Positions 38,648 through 43,292 of a stretch of DNA of 43,292 bases are shown piece after piece. A model generated the notes under the pieces. It was not told the origin of the DNA. It worked only from the letters and a program-made list of their open reading frames with translations, and made no database searches. The position numbers were made by a program, and so were the translations under genes. Location of the stretch: assembly GCF_002087085.1 (NCBI RefSeq), contig NZ_MWQY01000028.1, positions 1 through 43,292 on the forward strand, written 5' to 3'. The number at the start of each line of letters is the position of its first letter. Position 1 is the stretch's first letter.

Positions 38648-39760
38648 ATGAAACGAGTATTTTTCCTGGTTTTTTCTGCGATCATTTTCGTATATGCCGG
38701 ATTCGGGGCACCGGGGCCGGAAAGAGGAAGAATCGACTCCATGGAGGAGTCTTTCGCGCTTGTAACCGTAACCGAGGGAATCCCCAATCCCTGGTCTTTT
38801 ACCTTTCTGCCCAGGGGGGATGTGCTGATTACCCAGCGGTCCGGAAAACTCTGGCGGGTCGAAGCTGCCTCGGGACGGCGCAGTGAAGTCGGCGGGCTTC
38901 CGGAGATCGACGCCGGGGGGCAGGGGGGACTCCTGGATATTGTGCTGCATCCCGGCTATTCCAGTAACGGCTGGATCTATATGAGCCATGTTGTCTCTTC
39001 TTCCGGGGGATCTTCCACTGCGGTCAGCCGCGCCCGTCTTGACGGAAACAGACTGACTGATCTCGAAAGGGTCTTTACTGCAGATAATGCCGGCAGCACC
39101 ACCCGTCATTTCGGGTCCCGGCTGGTTTTTGACGATGAGGGCTACCTGTATGTTTCCCTGGGCGACCGGGGAGAATCCGGGAGGGCCCAGGATCTCTCTG
39201 ACCATGCCGGTACGCTCCTGCGTCTTCGTGATGACGGTAGTATCCCCGGGGATAATCCCTACGGAGCGGCCTTCAGCTATGGCCACCGGAACGTGCAGGG
39301 GATGGTCTTCGATCCTGTAAGCCGGGAGGTCTGGGCCCATGAACACGGTGCCCGGGGCGGGGACGAAGTGAATATAATAAAGAGGGGTGCTAATTACGGC
39401 TGGCCCCGCATCAGTTACGGCAGGAATTACGATGGTTCCAGGATCGGGATCGGTACGGCCGCTCCGGGCATGGAGCAGCCCCTTGTCTACTGGGATCCCT
39501 CCATAGCTCCTTCCGGGATGGCGGTCTATACCGGGGATGCCTTCCCATCCTGGAAGGGGGACATCTTTGTCGGGGCCCTGGCAGGACAGCATCTGCGACG
39601 CCTTGTACGGGAGGGCACACGCATAGTCTCCCAGGAGGTCCTGCTCGAGAAGCGTGTCGGCCGGATTCGTGATGTCCGACAGGGACCGGAGGGCGCTCTG
39701 TGTATCCTGACTGATGAGCGGAACGGGAGCCTCTACCGGCTGGAACCTCCTGAATCCTGA
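38648..39760 (+). CDS. PQQ-dependent soluble aldose sugar dehydrogenase (glucose/sorbosone dehydrogenase family)
   Basis: Signal peptide; GQGGLLDIVLHP, HFGSRLVF, YGHRNVQG, EHGARGGDEVN, NYGWP, SIAPSG, RIRDVRQGP. Confidence 0.93.
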   Translation: MKRVFFLVFSAIIFVYAGFGAPGPERGRIDSMEESFALVTVTEGIPNPWSFTFLPRGDVLITQRSGKLWRVEAASGRRSEVGGLPEIDAGGQGGLLDIVLHPGYSSNGWIYMSHVVSSSGGSSTAVSRARLDGNRLTDLERVFTADNAGSTTRHFGSRLVFDDEGYLYVSLGDRGESGRAQDLSDHAGTLLRLRDDGSIPGDNPYGAAFSYGHRNVQGMVFDPVSREVWAHEHGARGGDEVNIIKRGANYGWPRISYGRNYDGSRIGIGTAAPGMEQPLVYWDPSIAPSGMAVYTGDAFPSWKGDIFVGALAGQHLRRLVREGTRIVSQEVLLEKRVGRIRDVRQGPEGALCILTDERNGSLYRLEPPES

Positions 39761-39835
39761 ATAATCCACAGATGCTCTGGCATCCTGATCCCGGATGGGT
39801 TATGCTACAGGGTAGAGAACAACAAAGGAGATTGT

Positions 39836-41248
39836 ATGGGCATACGAATCTACTCCAGAGGAGCGGCCCGGGAGGTTACAGGTTCCCGCCACTACCTCGA
39901 AGTTGACGGAACACGGGTCCAGATAGACTGCGGAGCCTTTCAGGGACACAGAAAGGAGTCGGAAGAGAAGAACCGGGCGATCCCCGGGGATATCGAAAAC
40001 GTATCCGCCGTCGTACTGACCCATGCCCATTTTGACCACAGCGGCATGCTGCCCCTCCTGTCCAAAGGCGGCTACAGGGGTAATATCTATGCTACCCCGG
40101 CCACCCGGGACCTGGCATCCCTGATCATGATGGACAGCGCCAAGATACAGGCCCGGGACATCGAGTTCCTCAAAAAGAAGGCTCAGAAAGCCGGCCAGGA
40201 GTTTGACGGCGAGGTGCTGTATGAAGAGCAGAATGTCGTCGACGCGGTCAACCAGTTTGTGACGATCGGCTACCGCAGACCGATCTATATAGCGCCGCAG
40301 ATAGAACTCAGCCTTTACGACGCCGGTCACATCCTGGGCTCCTCTTCGGCGGTACTGAATGTCTCCGTCAAGGATTCTTCCGATCCTGTGAGGGTAGTCT
40401 ACGCCGGAGACCTGGGTAGAAAAGACCGGGTCATTATACGGGATCCCGACAGAATCCCGGATCCGGATTACCTGATCATGGAGAGTACTTACGGCGACAG
40501 GCTTCACGGGAACACCCGGGATGCCATGGAGAAACTGGCGGAGGTCGTCAGCTCCACCGCCGCTAAGGGGGGGAAGGTTGTAATCCCCGCTTTTGCCGTC
40601 GAGCGTACCCAGGAGATTATCTACTATCTTCATTTATTGACCGACCAGGGAAAAATCCCCGAGATCCCCATTTTCGTGGACAGTCCCATGGCTACCAACG
40701 CGACTTCCATTTTCCGGGTTCACCCGGAATGTTACGACGAGGCTACCCACGAAGCATTCATTCAGCACCACAAGAATCCCTTCGGCTTCAATAATCTGCG
40801 CTATACCGCCAGCGTCCAGGAGTCCAAGGACATAAACGATGTCAGGGGTCCGGCCATCATCATCTCCGCCGACGGCATGTGCGAGGCCGGCAGAATCCGC
40901 CACCACCTGGTGCAGCATGTGGGCGACCCCGCCAGCACAATCCTGGTGGTAGGCTATATGGCGAAGCACACCCTGGGAAGACGTATTGTCGAAGGACAGA
41001 AGGAGCTGAAGATCTTCGGGGAGACCTTTGTCCGGAGGGCCCGGGTTGAGAAGATCGACGCCTTCAGTGCCCATGCGGACTACAATGAGATCAAGGATTA
41101 CATAACGCAGCTGGACCTCAAGCGGCTGAAGAAGGTCTTTCTGGTCCACGGGGAGGACGAAGCCCAGAGCCACCTTCAGAAGGTTCTTCTCGAGGCAGGG
41201 GTGCAGGCGGTGGAGATTGTCGAGGCCGGGAAGGTTTACGAGTTGTAG
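39836..41248 (+). CDS. MBL-fold beta-CASP ribonuclease (YSH1-like)
   Basis: GAAREVTGS, DCG, THAHFDHSG, AGHILGS, MESTYG, PAFAVERTQE, GMCEAGRIRHH, FSAHAD, VHGE. Confidence 0.94.
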   Translation: MGIRIYSRGAAREVTGSRHYLEVDGTRVQIDCGAFQGHRKESEEKNRAIPGDIENVSAVVLTHAHFDHSGMLPLLSKGGYRGNIYATPATRDLASLIMMDSAKIQARDIEFLKKKAQKAGQEFDGEVLYEEQNVVDAVNQFVTIGYRRPIYIAPQIELSLYDAGHILGSSSAVLNVSVKDSSDPVRVVYAGDLGRKDRVIIRDPDRIPDPDYLIMESTYGDRLHGNTRDAMEKLAEVVSSTAAKGGKVVIPAFAVERTQEIIYYLHLLTDQGKIPEIPIFVDSPMATNATSIFRVHPECYDEATHEAFIQHHKNPFGFNNLRYTASVQESKDINDVRGPAIIISADGMCEAGRIRHHLVQHVGDPASTILVVGYMAKHTLGRRIVEGQKELKIFGETFVRRARVEKIDAFSAHADYNEIKDYITQLDLKRLKKVFLVHGEDEAQSHLQKVLLEAGVQAVEIVEAGKVYEL

Positions 41249-41290
41249 GTCTTCCTGGGTAAAGACTGGGGAGTATGGCATAATTATTTC

Positions 41291-41659
41291 ATGATAAATC
41301 CGGAACTTGTACAACTGGTCAGAGAACGGCAGTCCAGTTGGAAGAAGGACCAGTTAATACTGATACATGAAAGGACCATCGAAGTAAAAAGAGAGATCAG
41401 GCGTCTGATTGAGTCTTTTCGTGCCGAAGATCCGTCCCTGGGAAGAATTGCACTCTTTGGATCTCTGGCCAGCGGAGTTTCCGATCGACTTGATTTTGAT
41501 ATTGATCTTTCCTTTGAGGGGAGCGGATACTATCGTTGTGTTGCTTTGACTCTTGACAGCATTTTTAAAGTTGATTTAGTGGATTATCGTGCAGCAGCAC
41601 CGTTTATTCGTAACGAAATCGACAGTAAAGGGATAGTGGTATATGAACCGAAATCCTGA
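41291..41659 (+). CDS. Minimal nucleotidyltransferase (MNT) antitoxin
   Basis: LFGSLA...DIDL and KVDLVD; 122 aa; overlaps the downstream HEPN-like gene. Confidence 0.85.
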   Translation: MINPELVQLVRERQSSWKKDQLILIHERTIEVKREIRRLIESFRAEDPSLGRIALFGSLASGVSDRLDFDIDLSFEGSGYYRCVALTLDSIFKVDLVDYRAAAPFIRNEIDSKGIVVYEPKS

Positions 41660-42158
41660 ATCTATCATTACTCTGGTTGCCCGACTGGAACTCGAATTTG
41701 GTGCAATAGAAAGTAATTTTGATCTGAACCGGCAGGCTTATGGGCGTCTGCAGCAGGGAGCAGACGACTCTCTCGATTGGGCGGCTCTGGGTTATACTCT
41801 GCACGCAATTTATACAGCCATGGAACACTATTTTCTTCTTATCAGTAAAACCTTTGAAAATGACCTTTCCTCTGATTCCTGGCATAAAGATCTTATTGAT
41901 AAAATGCAGCTTGAATTACCGGGGATTCGTCCACGTTTGTTATCCAGGGCTCTTGCCCGAACAATAGATGAACTTCGGGGATTCCGCCATGTTTTTCTGA
42001 GTCTTTATGATGACCGACTCGATCAGGATCGTATTATGCTGATTCAGAAAAAATACCAGATCTGCGACGCGGCTTTTCCGATGCCCATTCTACCTTTGTT
42101 GAGTCAATTCAAAAGCTTGCACTCGGGTAGCAGGTCTTTCAGCCCTCGGCGTATTTGA
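41643..42158 (+). CDS. HepT-like HEPN ribonuclease toxin, probably frameshifted near the 3' end
   Basis: LHAIYTAME..F..I...FEN, WHKDL, IRP, LRGFRHVF..LY; an alternative frame after the A6 run at 42048-42053 gives a more plausible C-terminus ending at TAG 42130. Confidence 0.8.
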   Translation: MNRNPESIITLVARLELEFGAIESNFDLNRQAYGRLQQGADDSLDWAALGYTLHAIYTAMEHYFLLISKTFENDLSSDSWHKDLIDKMQLELPGIRPRLLSRALARTIDELRGFRHVFLSLYDDRLDQDRIMLIQKKYQICDAAFPMPILPLLSQFKSLHSGSRSFSPRRI

Positions 42159-43155
42159 ACATCATCTCCAGGCTCTTTATGGCCCGCAGGCGTAGCTCTT
42201 CATCGAGCTGTACATAGTCTTCCGGCCTGGGATCCTTCAGAACCCGCAGAATATTCTCCAGGCTGTTGGACTTCATATATTTGCACATCTGGCAGGTCCC
42301 GAGGAACTTTTTGCCGGGTTTCTCCACTTCGATGCGGCTGATGAGCCCGCATTCGGTGAGCATCATCACCTTCTCCCCCGGAAGCTCCTGGATCTTCTTG
42401 AACATCTGGCTGGTGGAGCCCACATAATCGACCTTGCGGATCACCTCCGGCTTGCACTCGGGGTGGGCCATGACGTAGATGTCCGGATGGGCTGAGCGGA
42501 ACTCGTCGATCATCCTGGGTTCGAACTCCTCATGTACATAGCAGGTGCCGTTCCAGAGACGTATATCCTTTTTGATCCCCCGGCGCTGCATCTCGTCGAT
42601 GATATTCATGCCCATCAGTCTGTCGGGCAGAAAATAGATCTTATCCGACGGGTAGTTCTCAATGATCTTATAGACGTTCGAACTGGTAACGCTGACGTCG
42701 CATTCCGCCTTTACCGCCGCGGTTGTGTTGATGTAGCAGATAAAGGCGTAGTCGGGGTATTCCTCTTTCAGTCTGCGTACGTCGGATGCGCTTATACTGT
42801 CCGCCAGGGAACAGGCGGGATCGGTCCCGGGAATCAGCACCTCTTTATGGGGGCTCAGGATTTTGGCGGTTTCTCCCATAAAGCGGACAGCTGCAAAGAC
42901 GATCAGGTCCGCCTCCGCCTCCAGGGCGTTTTTCGAGAGCTCGTAGGAGTCCCCGGAATAGTCCGCCACGGAGTAAATGATGTCCGGGGTAACATAGGAG
43001 TGGGCCAGGATGACCGCGTTTTTCTCTCTTTTGAGTCTCTCGATCTCTTCTATTACGGGCATCGATCTTTCTATGTGCTGTTTCAGATCCTCGTCCCTGA
43101 TGCTCGAGAATCTTACCTGCTGGAGCTGGGAAAAAAGCGTATCCGCGGTTACCAT
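42139..43155 (-). CDS. nadA: Quinolinate synthase A
   Basis: ILAHSY, GDSYEL, VRFMGETAKIL, CSLA, YINT, TSSN, CYVH, AHPEC, GSTS, CKYMK. Confidence 0.95.
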   Translation of the reverse strand: MVTADTLFSQLQQVRFSSIRDEDLKQHIERSMPVIEEIERLKREKNAVILAHSYVTPDIIYSVADYSGDSYELSKNALEAEADLIVFAAVRFMGETAKILSPHKEVLIPGTDPACSLADSISASDVRRLKEEYPDYAFICYINTTAAVKAECDVSVTSSNVYKIIENYPSDKIYFLPDRLMGMNIIDEMQRRGIKKDIRLWNGTCYVHEEFEPRMIDEFRSAHPDIYVMAHPECKPEVIRKVDYVGSTSQMFKKIQELPGEKVMMLTECGLISRIEVEKPGKKFLGTCQMCKYMKSNSLENILRVLKDPRPEDYVQLDEELRLRAIKSLEMMFKYAEG

Positions 43156-43179
43156 GGGAACCCCCTTTCGGATGGGCGA

Positions 43180-43204
43180 ATAGATTAGTACGTATCTAAT
43201 CTAT
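43180..43204. promoter_or_regulatory. Perfect inverted repeat ATAGATTAG-N7-CTAATCTAT over the nadA -10 region
   Basis: 9-bp arms at 43180-43188 and 43196-43204; minus strand TTGAAC (43222-43227), 18 bp, TAGATT (43198-43203). Confidence 0.65.
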
Positions 43205-43292
43205 ACCGGAAGCTGAAGTCTGTTCAATGGCATCAGGCCCAGGGCGAACGCACATAAACTCATCCAGGCAGGCGGCGGTCGATAGCCTCGTC

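Noticed and set aside
39836..42158. beta-CASP nuclease + MNT + HEPN as one defence system
   Set aside because: The nuclease has core-like composition and looks like a housekeeping family; the TA pair is AT-rich with its own predicted promoter, so adjacency is probably incidental.
1..43292. CRISPR arrays, tRNA/rRNA genes, prophage, or a single window-wide stress island
   Set aside because: No regularly spaced repeats, cloverleafs or phage genes were seen. The encapsulin is an HK97-fold cellular shell, not a capsid gene. The stress-related genes are interspersed with housekeeping genes (proS, speA, nadA).

Overview
Bacterial chromosomal window. The two long dCache/HAMP chemoreceptors, the DUF2147 protein and the gene mix suggest a free-living, probably saline or anaerobic spirochaete (inference only). 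The first ~6.3 kb is visibly AT-rich and accessory: a complete IS256-family element (338-1677, 8-bp TTTTTTAT target duplication) splits a membrane PAS-sensor gene, followed by a HisKA_2 kinase and an MCP. The GC-richer remainder carries a DUF362 protein, two MFS transporters, a ferritin-like cargo + family 1 encapsulin operon followed by a Zn-dehydrogenase, ablAB (N-epsilon-acetyl-beta-lysine osmolyte), a second MCP, proS, a divergent degenerate HD-GYP regulator / PAS kinase pair, trpB2, an XRE-HTH + CarH-type B12-binding regulator coupled to a class II photolyase, an RND pump, a FecR-domain protein, speA + GNAT, a CoA-disulfide reductase with two rhodanese domains, a PQQ sugar dehydrogenase, a beta-CASP nuclease, an MNT-HEPN toxin-antitoxin pair with a probable frameshift, and nadA. 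The best novelty candidate is the XRE-type B12 photoreceptor/photolyase unit; its candidate operator recurs (14/17) in the HD-GYP/kinase promoter region. Many genes also look leaderless. No rRNA, tRNA or CRISPR array was seen. All calls come from reading motifs by eye, with no database searches.
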